A stretch of DNA of 64,000 nucleotides, from NCBI GenBank assembly GCA_964016885.1, contig OZ024751.1, forward strand, positions 39,308,001 through 39,372,000, written 5' to 3'. Of this stretch, positions 47,252-62,911 are shown in pieces. The notes under the pieces were generated by a model, which did not search any database, was not told the DNA's origin, and worked only from the letters and a program-made list of their open reading frames with translations. The stretch comes from Eledone cirrhosa (taxonomy: Eukaryota). The position numbers and the translations under genes were made by a program. Position 1 is the stretch's first letter; each line of letters opens with the position of its first letter.

Positions 47252-47924
47252 TATATATATTATATATCATATATTATATATACATATGTGTACAAATATA
47301 TATATATATATATATATTAATATTAGTTTATGTTTGTGGACATGTGTATGTGAGTGTGCGCATGTGTGTGTGTGCACATGTGAATGTGTGTGCACGTGTG
47401 TGTGCGTGTATGATCACCCTGGCATCTTATTCCTGACCACATTGGGCAAGTATTAGTAAGATAATGAACTAGAGTTACGAACAATAGAGGAGACACACTC
47501 TAAGGACTGCAGGATATATATATAGAGAGAGAGAAGACATTGAGTCAGATGACAGGAAAGAGAGCGAAGGAGAGGGAGTGAAGAGAGAGAGAGGGGGGGG
47601 GGGAGAACGAATGTCGATTAGGTTCGATAAATATAATATAAATGTATTCCTTTCATTTTTTTAATTCTGACCATTGTAATGTTCTTAAACAAAAATAAAG
47701 AAAAAGAGTCGACCGTGAGATCGAACCACTAAAACTAAGACCCCATTCGTCTTTCAATTGCTGATACTATCTGCCGATTGCAGGTATATGCTAGGAAATG
47801 AATTGTATTTTTGAGAGGGTCGTCGTGGTTACCTTGTATTGGTCATATTCGTTCTGAAGTTATATTTTCATGTTAGGTTGGGTTATGAGAGTAAAATTAT
47901 ACACACACACACACACACGCACTC

Positions 47925-48408
<484 letters not shown>

Positions 48409-48430
48409 TATATATATATATATATTTATA

Positions 48431-48498
<68 letters not shown>

Positions 48499-48528
48499 AG
48501 GGTGCATTTAGACGTCTACATGTGAAAG

Positions 48529-48621
48529 CACATATCTGTGGAGTTTTCGATTCCAGAGTCAGGAACGAACATAATCGATCGTTCCTCGAGCTGATCGGCA
48601 GTGAAACATATGTAATATGTG
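48529..48621 (+). ncRNA. Hammerhead-like motif, core variant CUGUGGA
   Basis: CACATAT-CTGTGGA-long stem II containing AGGAACGA/TCGTTCCT-GAAA-CATATG-TA-ATATGTG. Perfect 7-bp stem I and palindromic stem III. Confidence 0.55.
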
Positions 48622-48746
48622 ATTAAATATGTATATGATGCCACACTAATTCTTTGTTCCCTAATTATCACTATTATTAAATAGCGTGTATATATATATA
48701 TATCAATGATATTAATAAATGGAAACTATATTTATAAAACCATATT

Positions 48747-48808
48747 TATTTTATTATGTACATTTTAAGGGTACCAAAAACTTTGATACGCCCTCATCAG
48801 ATAAAATA
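48747..48808 (-). ncRNA. Hammerhead ribozyme copy with GAAA>AAAA core mutation (likely inactive)
   Basis: Minus strand TATTTTAT-CTGATGA-GGG C GTATCA...TGGTAC CCT T-AAAA-TGTACA-TA-ATAAAATA. Same family as 22866-22930. Confidence 0.65.
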
Positions 48809-48872
48809 CAAAATTTGTTTTATAAATACTGACATATCCCAGAAACCAGACCTTATCGGTTCAGGCTCTTTG

Positions 48873-48982
<110 letters not shown>

Positions 48983-48996
48983 ACATATATATATAC

Positions 48997-49090
<94 letters not shown>

Positions 49091-49213
49091 GAATATAGAC
49101 ATAGAATATTCGAAAATATTCTGTATGTTTATAATAAACATTTTGAAGACCTAATCGCTATAGAATAGAATACGTCACGTATTACAATTAGATTCTCGAT
49201 AAAAGCAAGGGAA

Positions 49214-49256
49214 GTAATCTACGCGTTTCATTCTTGTTAGAAATCATCAGGACTAC
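49214..49256 (-). ncRNA. Type I hammerhead ribozyme, first of 9 minus-strand copies (every 310 bp, last at 51694-51736)
   Basis: Exact reverse complement of the 51908-51950 motif. Confidence 0.88.
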
Positions 49257-51907
49257 ATATCCAGTGCTTTTATCGAGAATGACACAGCTAGAGACTTATA
49301 GAATACTTAGCTGTGTACAGGAACTGGTTTGAAAGAGCGGTTGCCGGTCCGGCAGAAATTAGAAATTGGAATAAATGCTCTGAAATAGCGATATATATGT
49401 GAATATAGACATAGAATATTCGAAAATATTCTGTATGTTTATAATAAACATTTTGAAGACCTAATCGCTATAGAATAGAATACGTCACGTATTACAATTA
49501 GATTCTCGATAAAAGCAAGGGAAGTAATCTACGCGTTTCATTCTTGTTAGAAATCATCAGGACTACATATCCAGTGCTTTTATCGAGAATGACACAGCTA
49601 GAGACTTATAGAATACTTAGCTGTGTACAGGAACTGGTTTGAAAGAGCGGTTGCCGGTCCGGCAGAAATTAGAAATTGGAATAAATGCTCTGAAATAGCG
49701 ATATATATGTGAATATAGACATAGAATATTCGAAAATATTCTGTATGTTTATAATAAACATTTTGAAGACCTAATCGCTATAGAATAGAATACGTCACGT
49801 ATTACAATTAGATTCTCGATAAAAGCAAGGGAAGTAATCTACGCGTTTCATTCTTGTTAGAAATCATCAGGACTACATATCCAGTGCTTTTATCGAGAAT
49901 GACACAGCTAGAGACTTATAGAATACTTAGCTGTGTACAGGAACTGGTTTGAAAGAGCGGTTGCCGGTCCGGCAGAAATTAGAAATTGGAATAAATGCTC
50001 TGAAATAGCGATATATATGTGAATATAGACATAGAATATTCGAAAATATTCTGTATGTTTATAATAAACATTTTGAAGACCTAATCGCTATAGAATAGAA
50101 TACGTCACGTATTACAATTAGATTCTCGATAAAAGCAAGGGAAGTAATCTACGCGTTTCATTCTTGTTAGAAATCATCAGGACTACATATCCAGTGCTTT
50201 TATCGAGAATGACACAGCTAGAGACTTATAGAATACTTAGCTGTGTACAGGAACTGGTTTGAAAGAGCGGTTGCCGGTCCGGCAGAAATTAGAAATTGGA
50301 ATAAATGCTCTGAAATAGCGATATATATGTGAATATAGACATAGAATATTCGAAAATATTCTGTATGTTTATAATAAACATTTTGAAGACCTAATCGCTA
50401 TAGAATAGAATACGTCACGTATTACAATTAGATTCTCGATAAAAGCAAGGGAAGTAATCTACGCGTTTCATTCTTGTTAGAAATCATCAGGACTACATAT
50501 CCAGTGCTTTTATCGAGAATGACACAGCTAGAGACTTATAGAATACTTAGCTGTGTACAGGAACTGGTTTGAAAGAGCGGTTGCCGGTCCGGCAGAAATT
50601 AGAAATTGGAATAAATGCTCTGAAATAGCGATATATATGTGAATATAGACATAGAATATTCGAAAATATTCTGTATGTTTATAATAAACATTTTGAAGAC
50701 CTAATCGCTATAGAATAGAATACGTCACGTATTACAATTAGATTCTCGATAAAAGCAAGGGAAGTAATCTACGCGTTTCATTCTTGTTAGAAATCATCAG
50801 GACTACATATCCAGTGCTTTTAACGAGAATGACACAGCTAGAGACTTATAGAATACTTAGCTGTGTACAGGAACTGGTTTGAAAGAGCGGTTGCCGGTCC
50901 GGCAGAAATTAGAAATTGGAATAAATGCTCTGAAATAGCGATATATATGTGAATATAGACATAGAATATTCGAAAATATTCTGTATGTTTATAATAAACA
51001 TTTTGAAGACCTAATCGCTATAGAATAGAATACGTCACGTATTACAATTAGATTCTCGATAAAAGCAAGGGAAGTAATCTACGCGTTTCATTCTTGTTAG
51101 AAATCATCAGGACTACATATCCAGTGCTTTTATCGAGAATGACACAGCTAGAGACTTATAGAATACTTAGCTGTGTACAGGAACTGGTTTGAAAGAGCGG
51201 TTGCCGGTCCGGCAGAAATTAGAAATTGGAATAAATGCTCTGAAATAGCGATATATATGTGAATATAGACATAGAATATTCGAAAATATTCTGTATGTTT
51301 ATAATAAACATTTTGAAGACCTAATCGCTATAGAATAGAATACGTCACGTATTACAATTAGATTCTCGATAAAAGCAAGGGAAGTAATCTACGCGTTTCA
51401 TTCTTGTTAGAAATCATCAGGACTACATATCCAGTGCTTTTATCGAGAATGACACAGCTAGAGACTTATAGAATACTTAGCTGTGTACAGGAACTGGTTT
51501 GAAAGAGCGGTTGCCGGTCCGGCAGAAATTAGAAATTGGAATAAATGCTCTGAAATAGCGATATATATGTGAATATAGACATAGAATATTCGAAAATATT
51601 CTGTATGTTTATAATAAACATTTTGAAGACCTAATCGCTATAGAATAGAATACGTCACGTATTACAATTAGATTCTCGATAAAAGCAAGGGAAGTAATCT
51701 ACGCGTTTCATTCTTGTTAGAAATCATCAGGACTACATATCCAGTGCTTTTATCGAGAATGACACATATATATCGCTATTTCAGAGCATTTATTCCAATT
51801 TCTAATTTCTGCCGGACCGGCAACCGCTCTTTCAAACCAGTTCCTGTACACAGCTAAGTATTCTATAAGTCTCTAGCTGTGTCATTCTCGATAAAAGCAC
51901 TGGATAT

Positions 51908-51950
51908 GTAGTCCTGATGATTTCTAACAAGAATGAAACGCGTAGATTAC
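51908..51950 (+). ncRNA. Type I hammerhead ribozyme, first of 11 plus-strand copies (every 310 bp, last at 55008-55050)
   Basis: GTAGTC-CTGATGA-T TTCT AACA AGAA T-GAAA-CGCG-TA-GATTAC. Stem I is GTAGTC/GATTAC, extended by 16-bp ATTCTCGATAAAAGCA/TGCTTTTATCGAGAAT. Stem III is the palindrome ACGCGT, with a predicted GUA cleavage triplet. Confidence 0.88.
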
Positions 51951-54900
51951 TTCCCTTGCTTTTATCGAGAATCTAATTGTAATACGTGACGTATTCTATT
52001 CTATAGCGATTAGGTCTTCAAAATGTTTATTATAAACATACAGAATATTTTCGAATATTCTATGTCTATATTCACATATATATCGCTATTTCAGAGCATT
52101 TATTCCAATTTCTAATTTCTGCCGGACCGGCAACCGCTCTTTCAAACCAGTTCCTGTACACAGCTAAGTATTCTATAAGTCTCTAGCTGTGTCATTCTCG
52201 ATAAAAGCACTGGATATGTAGTCCTGATGATTTCTAACAAGAATGAAACGCGTAGATTACTTCCCTTGCTTTTATCGAGAATCTAATTGTAATACGTGAC
52301 GTATTCTATTCTATAGCGATTAGGTCTTCAAAATGTTTATTATAAACATACAGAATATTTTCGAATATTCTATGTCTATATTCACATATATATCGCTATT
52401 TCAGAGCATTTATTCCAATTTCTAATTTCTGCCGGACCGGCAACCGCTCTTTCAAACCAGTTCCTGTACACAGCTAAGTATTCTATAAGTCTCTAGCTGT
52501 GTCATTCTCGATAAAAGCACTGGATATGTAGTCCTGATGATTTCTAACAAGAATGAAACGCGTAGATTACTTCCCTTGCTTTTATCGAGAATCTAATTGT
52601 AATACGTGACGTATTCTATTCTATAGCGATTAGGTCTTCAAAATGTTTATTATAAACATACAGAATATTTTCGAATATTCTATGTCTATATTCACATATA
52701 TATCGCTATTTCAGAGCATTTATTCCAATTTCTAATTTCTGCCGGACCGGCAACCGCTCTTTCAAACCAGTTCCTGTACACAGCTAAGTATTCTATAAGT
52801 CTCTAGCTGTGTCATTCTCGATAAAAGCACTGGATATGTAGTCCTGATGATTTCTAACAAGAATGAAACGCGTAGATTACTTCCCTTGCTTTTATCGAGA
52901 ATCTAATTGTAATACGTGACGTATTCTATTCTATAGCGATTAGGTCTTCAAAATGTTTATTATAAACATACAGAATATTTTCGAATATTCTATGTCTATA
53001 TTCACATATATATCGCTATTTCAGAGCATTTATTCCAATTTCTAATTTCTGCCGGACCGGCAACCGCTCTTTCAAACCAGTTCCTGTACACAGCTAAGTA
53101 TTCTATAAGTCTCTAGCTGTGTCATTCTCGATAAAAGCACTGGATATGTAGTCCTGATGATTTCTAACAAGAATGAAACGCGTAGATTACTTCCCTTGCT
53201 TTTATCGAGAATCTAATTGTAATACGTGACGTATTCTATTCTATAGCGATTAGGTCTTCAAAATGTTTATTATAAACATACAGAATATTTTCGAATATTC
53301 TATGTCTATATTCACATATATATCGCTATTTCAGAGCATTTATTCCAATTTCTAATTTCTGCCGGACCGGCAACCGCTCTTTCAAACCAGTTCCTGTACA
53401 CAGCTAAGTATTCTATAAGTCTCTAGCTGTGTCATTCTCGTTAAAAGCACTGGATATGTAGTCCTGATGATTTCTAACAAGAATGAAACGCGTAGATTAC
53501 TTCCCTTGCTTTTATCGAGAATCTAATTGTAATACGTGACGTATTCTATTCTATAGCGATTAGGTCTTCAAAATGTTTATTATAAACATACAGAATATTT
53601 TCGAATATTCTATGTCTATATTCACATATATATCGCTATTTCAGAGCATTTATTCCAATTTCTAATTTCTGCCGGACCGGCAACCGCTCTTTCAAACCAC
53701 TTCCTGTACACAGCTAAGTATTCTATAAGTCTCTAGCTGTGTCATTCTCGATAAAAGCACTGGATATGTAGTCCTGATGATTTCTAACAAGAATGAAACG
53801 CGTAGATTACTTCCCTTGCTTTTATCGAGAATCTAATTGTAATACGTGACGTATTCTATTCTATAGCGATTAGGTCTTCAAAATGTTTATTATAAACATA
53901 CAGAATATTTTCGAATATTCTATGTCTATATTCACATATATATCGCTATTTCAGAGCATTTATTCCAATTTCTAATTTCTGCCGGACCGGCAACCGCTCT
54001 TTCAAACCAGTTCCTGTACACAGCTAAGTATTCTATAAGTCTCTAGCTGTGTCATTCTCGATAAAAGCACTGGATATGTAGTCCTGATGATTTCTAACAA
54101 GAATGAAACGCGTAGATTACTTCCCTTGCTTTTATCGAGAATCTAATTGTAATACGTGACGTATTCTATTCTATAGCGATTAGGTCTTCAAAATGTTTAT
54201 TATAAACATACAGAATATTTTCGAATATTCTATGTCTATATTCACATATATATCGCTATTTCAGAGCATTTATTCCAATTTCTAATTTCTGCCGGACCGG
54301 CAACCGCTCTTTCAAACCAGTTCCTGTACACAGCTAAGTATTCTATAAGTCTCTAGCTGTGTCATTCTCGATAAAAGCACTGGATATGTAGTCCTGATGA
54401 TTTCTAACAAGAATGAAACGCGTAGATTACTTCCCTTGCTTTTATCGAGAATCTAATTGTAATACGTGACGTATTCTATTCTATAGCGATTAGGTCTTCA
54501 AAATGTTTATTATAAACATACAGAATATTTTCGAATATTCTATGTCTATATTCACATATATATCGCTATTTCAGAGCATTTATTCCAATTTCTAATTTCT
54601 GCCGGACCGGCAACCGCTCTTTCAAACCAGTTCCTGTACACAGCTAAGTATTCTATAAGTCTCTAGCTGTGTCATTCTCGATAAAAGCACTGGATATGTA
54701 GTCCTGATGATTTCTAACAAGAATGAAACGCGTAGATTACTTCCCTTGCTTTTATCGAGAATCTAATTGTAATACGTGACGTATTCTATTCTATAGCGAT
54801 TAGGTCTTCAAAATGTTTATTATAAACATACAGAATATTTTCGAATATTCTATGTCTATATTCACATATATATCGCTATTTCAGAGCATTTATTCCAATT

Positions 54901-55207
54901 TCTAATTTCTGCCGGACCGGCAACCGCTCTTTCAAACCAGTTCCTGTACACAGCTAAGTATTCTATAAGTCTCTAGCTGTGTCATTCTCGATAAAAGCAC
55001 TGGATATGTAGTCCTGATGATTTCTAACAAGAATGAAACGCGTAGATTACTTCCCTTGCTTTTATCGAGAATCTAATTGTAATACGTGACGTATTCTATT
55101 CTATAGCGATTAGGTCTTCAAAATGTTTATTATAAACATACAGAATATTTTCGAATATTCTATGTCTATATTCACATATATATCGCTATTTCAGAGCATT
55201 TATTCCA

Positions 55208-55338
<131 letters not shown>

Positions 55339-55489
55339 CATATATTTATATATACCATCATAAAGCTCTGAGTGTTGAATACATATCGTTAGTTGATATT
55401 TATTTTAAATGATATAAAATGATTGTTTTTACATATCGAGAGCTCATTGTTTCGTAATTACAATTCATACTCAGATGACATTATATATA

Positions 55490-55579
55490 TGACTTTGCCT
55501 TTCATCCTTACGGGGTCGATAAAGTAAAGTACCAGTAATGTACTGAGGTAATTGCTGGCCTTGTGACAAAAGTAGAAAC

Positions 55580-55582
<3 letters not shown>
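55490..55582 (+). mobile_element. 5'-truncated family A SINE
   Basis: Core and 3' end only. Confidence 0.8.
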
Positions 55583-55640
<58 letters not shown>

Positions 55641-55665
55641 CATATATGTATATATGTATATATAT

Positions 55666-55707
<42 letters not shown>

Positions 55708-55748
55708 GAAAGGTATAGAAATTGTTTTAGCGAGAAGCTAATAGTATT

Positions 55749-55795
<47 letters not shown>

Positions 55796-55884
55796 GTACA
55801 TATATATGTATATATATACATATATGTATATATGTATATATATATGTATATATATATATGTATATATGTATATATATATATGTA

Positions 55885-55952
<68 letters not shown>

Positions 55953-56104
55953 TACATTACCTTTCTCATCTTGGTGTTGACCTGCAGGCAAGCATACAAT
56001 CAGAGTAGACCGAATTGTTAGTCACACGCACATACACGCCTATTCATGTGTGTGTCTGTGTGTGCTTGAAAGGTATATGTATATGTATACATACATATAA
56101 GTAG

Positions 56105-56166
<62 letters not shown>

Positions 56167-56442
56167 TTGTCTTTAATAGAGTATATATACATATATATAT
56201 ATTAGATGCATATAACAATGTAAACATACATAGTAGAATACAACCAGAGAAAAAAAAATCTGGGTGGATAGTACTACGTAGTTATTGCATATCGATTACA
56301 TATTCTGCACCTCTCTCTCCCCTTCTCTCTCTCTCTATCTATCTATATATATATCTATCTATCTCTTTATCTATCTATCTATATATCTATCTATCTATCT
56401 CTCTATCTCGCTCTTTCTGTCTATCTATCTCTCTCTCTCCCC

Positions 56443-56500
<58 letters not shown>

Positions 56501-57073
56501 TTATCTATCTATCTATATATCTATATATCTATCTATCTATTTCGCTCTTTCTGTCTATCTATCTCTCCATAGTGTATTAAAATCTAAGTGATGCCTGGAG
56601 CAGGCCGTCTGGTATATGTCTAGTACACACCAAACACACTTGAAGACCTCATCAATATACAAACAAGCACGCTGCTTATTTCCTTAACAGTTCGGCTACA
56701 AGTTATTATTAATATATATCACACAGCCGCGTAGCAAATAGTGATTGGTTTTATTATTTCATACGAGCGCAGTTGCAAACAAGAATTTAAGTGTGTCTGT
56801 GTCCTTCTGAAAGTTTCTAATGCTGTCTTTGGAAAAAAAAGCGACCTGAAGAGGTTAAATTTGAAATGTTTCCTGCTGGGGCACTTATCGAAGAAAAATA
56901 TTTGAAAATTCTGCTACGGTTCAAAAGGCCACTCGCACCGTGTGTACTTTATTTAAACGCAACAAAAGTTCGCGAACTTTTCAAATGACGCTGCCACACA
57001 TATAGATATTTTATCATGTCTCTGATCACTGCATCTATAGAAAATATTGTTATTATTATTAATATTATTATAA

Positions 57074-57920
57074 GGGCGGTAGATTGTCAGTATCGGTAGA
57101 GATCGGACGCCATGCTTTGACGCATAGAGTTACGGCCCTTTCCGGTCTGAGTTCAAATCCCGCCGAGGTTAACTTTGCCTTTCATCCTTACGGGGTCGAT
57201 AAAATAAAGTACCAGTAATGCACTGGGTAATTGCTGGCCTTGTGCCAAAAGTAGAAACAATTATTATTAATATTATTACTACTATTATTAACAGGCTTTG
57301 TGGCATATAGTTACGTCCCTTTGCGCTGTCAGATCAAATCTCACCGAGCTTACCTTTGCCTTCCATCCCTACGAGCTGTATCGTTACAATGTTCAACAAA
57401 TGCTTAGCAGTATTTGTTCCGAGTCTTTACCTTCTGAGTTTATATGTCACCGAGGTCAACCTTGACTTTCATCCTTGCGGTGTCGTTAAAATAAAGTACC
57501 AGTAACGCACTGGGATCAATGTATTCGGCTTTCCCCTCCCCCCAAAATCGTTGACCTTCGGCCTAAATCAGAAACCATTTTTATTATAAATTAATGATGA
57601 AGATGTTGACACTACCCTAAAGTAACGACCCCTTTTATTGAGAACACATTTCCTAGTTGATTTTTGTTATAGATTTGTATTGTTATTATTACTATGATAT
57701 TTAGGGTGGCGGATTGTATCGGTAGAGAGTCGGAGACCATGCTTTGCAGAATAGAGTTACGGCTCTTTATGATCTGAGCTCAAATCCCGCCGAGGTTAAC
57801 TTTGCCTTTCATCCTTATGGGATCGATAAAATAAAGTACCAGTCACGCACTGGGGTCGATTTAATCGACTTTCCCCTCCCCCCCCCAATTACTGGCCTTG
57901 TACCTATATAAGAAACCATT
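57074..57920 (+). mobile_element. Cluster of family A SINEs (57074-57262, partial copies 57295-57580, 57704-57920)
   Basis: Repeated A box, B box and core motifs. Confidence 0.85.
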
Positions 57921-58764
57921 ATTACTATGATATTTATTGCAATTATTGTTATTGTCCTATCTACTGTTTTCCCTTTGTTGCTGTCCCCTTTCTTTTGCTA
58001 AATATAAACCCTACTTTATATTGTTCTTTATCCTAGCGATGTTCGCAAATGTCTTGGTTCCTTCGGGGCTAATAAGAAAATGAACCTTATTCAATACTCT
58101 TCTTTGTGATTGAGAAAGTAGCCTTCCGGGTCGATAGTTAATATACAATCAACTGAGGTTCGTTTTGTATGTAGACCAGATACAACGAGACTGTCAAGTG
58201 AAGAACTTTTTTCTCACTTTAAGTAGGTATCAAATAGTATATTTTTGGCCGCTGTATGAGTGGAATTGACAAGTTTTTTGTTACCTAACAATACTCTATT
58301 AAATTGTTTCTTTGAGAAAAAAAAGCAGTAGACTAGTGTCTTAACCAATAGAAGACTTACATCTAACGAACTTAAAACTACAAAAACTAGAGCGATGGTT
58401 CCTACGTCAGGTTCCTCGATTAGAAACTTGGTTGTGATTCGGCAGGAACTCTGATAGTAAAAGCAGAAGTGTTGTGTACTTGGAGAACCGAAGCGAAAAC
58501 CAAACCAAACTATATTTTGGGGGGCAATATTATGACAACATGACCCTCCCCAAATATAACAATATATATTTCAACAAACGATTTCATATCAAAAACCTTG
58601 CAAAACAAACATTGCCGCCACATCAACTGAACGTTACACCCGTTATAGTAATTAATAAGCCACTGAGTAATTCACAGACACGTGTATCCTTAACACACTT
58701 TTTGGTCAAAATCAGTGTGACACAATATGTAATAAAGGGGCTCCTTTGAACCACAGGTATCTGT

Positions 58765-59075
58765 TTAATCGGCTTCCACAGAATTTCCCTTAACCAAATT
58801 TCACTCACAGCCTTGTATCGACACAAATCTATGGTATAAACTTCTTACCCCCTGAGACCACAGAACGGGATCGAACCAATATCTAATAAGGGGCTTCTTT
58901 CAATTACAGGTATAATCTATCCAACGGGCTTCCACGGAGTTTTCCCCTACCAAATTTCATTCACAATCTTGTGTCGACAAGTATCTATAGTAAAATACAC
59001 TTGACACAAGATACTATAGATCGGGATCGAACCAAAATTTTAATAATTGTTCATATTATAACCACACAGCCATGC
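58765..59075 (-). mobile_element. Two degenerate copies of a second tRNA-derived SINE (family B)
   Basis: Both contain CGGGATCGAACC (B box on the minus strand) and GGCTTCCAC...CCAAATTTCA. A related 3' part lies on the plus strand at about 43030-43118. Confidence 0.6.
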
Positions 59076-59396
59076 CTACGTCGACAAAAAATATGTAAGT
59101 AAATGGTAGACTTTCGTAAAAGGTTTAATGTTATTTTCTTGTTATTTTCTTGGGTAAGAAGCAAGCTAATTTTTACGAGACGCCATTTTGTCATGTACTT
59201 TCTATCACATATTTTCCCCACTTGCAATTATAATGTTAAGTGTGCCACAAAATCTATTACGACATTTCACTTACTGTCAAATAATTAGAAATACCAAAAA
59301 ACACAATTTTCTTCAGTTTCTCCCCTCCCACCGCTCTCCACCGTTCTCAATACCATTCTTGTTCTTAATACGTCATCAATCAGACCACTGTGACAT

Positions 59397-59477
<81 letters not shown>

Positions 59478-59605
59478 CTCTTTTTCTCTCTCTCTTTCTC
59501 TCTCTCTTCTTGTATATAATTATATATATATAAATATATATATATACACATAATTATATATATATATATACATAAATATATATATATATATATATACATA
59601 TACAT

Positions 59606-59648
<43 letters not shown>

Positions 59649-59718
59649 TGTATATACACATAATTATATATATATATATACATAAATATATATATATATA
59701 TATATGTGTGTGTGTATG

Positions 59719-59767
<49 letters not shown>

Positions 59768-59770
59768 ATG

Positions 59771-59811
<41 letters not shown>

Positions 59812-59903
59812 TTATATGTGTGTGTGTGTTTTTCTGTCTATATATACCTACCTATCTACCTGTCTGTCTATATATGTTTGTATCTAACCATCTGTATGTT
59901 TAT

Positions 59904-59986
<83 letters not shown>

Positions 59987-60055
59987 CATATACATATATA
60001 TATATATACATATACATATATATATACATATATATATACATATATATATACATAT

Positions 60056-60301
<246 letters not shown>

Positions 60302-61006
60302 ATACTACATACATACAAATATATATATATTGATTTATTATATACAGTGGGATCCATTTCGATTAATTTCAGTCTAGCATAATTTCATCTTCCAACCACT
60401 TTTAGGCAGATTTATTTCGTAAAGCACAAACCCTGCTTCATTGCACAAGAATTTTGTTTCATTTCACGGCGAGCATTTAATGCGAAAAATATATAAAAAT
60501 ATAAATTGATTCGACCATTTCATATTTTATGCCAAATTTCATTTCTTAATGCAATTTCTCCCGACACACTTCCACATATCTGAACCAAACGTAAAGAGAT
60601 AAAAAAAAAAATGCCGGATCATAAAAATCTATAATTATTTCTTTATTCGATCTTTTGCAAAACTGTATTTTTATAATTTTTTTTTTTTTTTTTTGTTAAT
60701 ATTTAATTTTTCTCTGGTTGTTTTTTTTTTTTTGTGGTTGTGGTGTTGTTGCTGTTGTTATTTATGTTACTGTTGTTGCTGTTGGTTTGTTTTTTTTTGG
60801 TTTTTCTTTTTTTTTGGGGGGAGGGGGTTGCTGTTGATGTTGTTCTTGTTGTTTTTGTTGCTGTTACAGCTGTTATTGTTGCTGTTGTTGTCGTCGTTGA
60901 TAATGTTGTTGTTGCTGTCATTTTTTCTTCTTCTTCTTCTTCTTCTTCTTCTTCTTCTTCTCATAAGGAAGACATGGGTTCCATGTACTATTACTACTAC
61001 TACAAT

Positions 61007-61068
<62 letters not shown>

Positions 61069-61398
61069 TTACTACTACTTCTTATTCTCCTTCTTTTCTT
61101 CTATTACTTCTTTTATATTTATTTTTATTTTTATTTTTATTTTTATTTTTATTTTTATTATTTCTTTTCAACCATGGAAATTATTTGCTTCTGAAAACGC
61201 CAAAAATTAATATTCGTTTCGTTTCGTTCTAAGACACCTTCTAAAGTCTTCAAAATGCTGGTGAAATGGCAAAGTTGTTAAGAGAGTCAGATAGAATATT
61301 TCCTGGGTATTTGTTATGGCTCTCTGTACAGTCAGTTCAAATTCCACCATGGTCAACTCTGCCTTGCAACAATCCTTTCGCACTCGATAAAAAAATCT

Positions 61399-62911
61399 CC
61401 TGGATTAAAAGAGTTGTTAGAACGTCAAATCAATACGAGATGTCTTGCAGTATTATCTTCCTACATTTTGAGTCCTGAGTTCAAATGTATTCTGTTGATC
61501 CTGGATTAAAAGAGTTGTTAGAGTGTCAAAGGAAGACGAGATGTCTTGCAGTATTATCTTCCTACATTTTGAGTCCTGAGTTCAAATTTATTCTGTTGAT
61601 CCTGGATTAAAAGAGTTGTTAGAGTGTCAAAGGAAGACGAGATGTCTTGCAGTATTATCTTCCTACATTTTGAGTCCTCAGTTCAAATTTATTCTGTTGA
61701 TCCTGGATTAAAAGAGTTGTTAGAGTGTCAAAGGAAGACGAGATGTCTTGCAGTATTATCTTCCTACATTTTGAGTCCTCAGTTCAAATTTATTCTGTTG
61801 ATCCTGGATTAAAAGAGTTGTTAGAGTGTGAAAGGAAGACGAGATGTCTTGCAGTATTATCTTCCTACATTTTGCATCCTCAGTTCAAATTTATTCTGTT
61901 GATCCTGGATTAAAAGAGTTGTTAGAGTGTCAAAGGAAGACGAGATGTCTTGCAGTATTATCTTCCTACATTTTGCGTCCTGAGTTCAAATTTATTCTGT
62001 TGATCCTGGATTAAAAGAGGTGTTAGAGTGTCAAAGGAAGACGAGATGTCTTGCAGTATTATCTTCCTACATTTTGCGTCCTGAGTTCAAATTTATTCTG
62101 TTGATCCTGGATTAAAAGAGTTGTTAGAGTGTCAAAGGAAGACGAGATGTCTTGCAGTCTTATCTTCCTACATTTTGCATCCTCAGTTCAAATTTATTCT
62201 GTTGATCCTGGATTAAAAGAGATGTTAGAGTGTCAAAGGAAGACGAGATGTCTTGCAGTATTATCTTCCTACATTTTGCATCTTGAGTTCAAATTTATTC
62301 TGTTGATCCTGGATTAAAAGAGTTGTTAGAGTGTCAAAGGAAGACGAGATGTCTTGCAGTATTATCTTCCTACATTTTGCGTCCTGAGTTCAAATTTATT
62401 CTGTTGATCCTGGATTAAAAGAGTTGTTAGAGTGTCAAAGGAAGACGAGATGTCTTGCAGTATTATCTTCCTACATTTTGAGTCCTCAGTTCAAATTTAT
62501 TCTGTTGATCCTGGATTAAAAGAGTTGTTAGAGTGTGAAAGGAAGACGAGATGTCTTGCAGTATTATCTTCCTACATTTTGCATCCTCAGTTCAAATTTC
62601 TTCAGTTGATCCTGGATTAAAAGGGTTGTTAGAGTGTCAAAGGAAGACGAGATGTCTTGTAGTATTATCTTCCTACATTTTGCATCCTCAGTTCAAATTT
62701 ATTCTGTTGATCCTGGATTAAAAGAGTTGTTAGAGTGTCAAAGGAAGACGAGATGTCTTGCAGTATTATCTTCCTACATTTTGCGTCCTGAGTTCAAATT
62801 TATTCTGTTGATCCTGGATTAAAAGAGTTGTTAGAACGCCAAAGGAAGACGAGATGTCTTACGGTATTCCCCTCCTACATTTTGTGTCCTGAGCTCAAAT
62901 TTCTTCTGTTA
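61399..62911 (+). repeat. 101-bp satellite, 15 units, similar to a SINE 5' head
   Basis: CCTGGATTAAAAG at 61399, 61500, 61601 ... 62813. Each unit contains CT(G/C)AGTTCAAAT. Confidence 0.92.

Noticed and set aside
61624-62822. Repeated 62-aa ORFs
   Set aside because: These are a by-product of the 101-bp satellite period.
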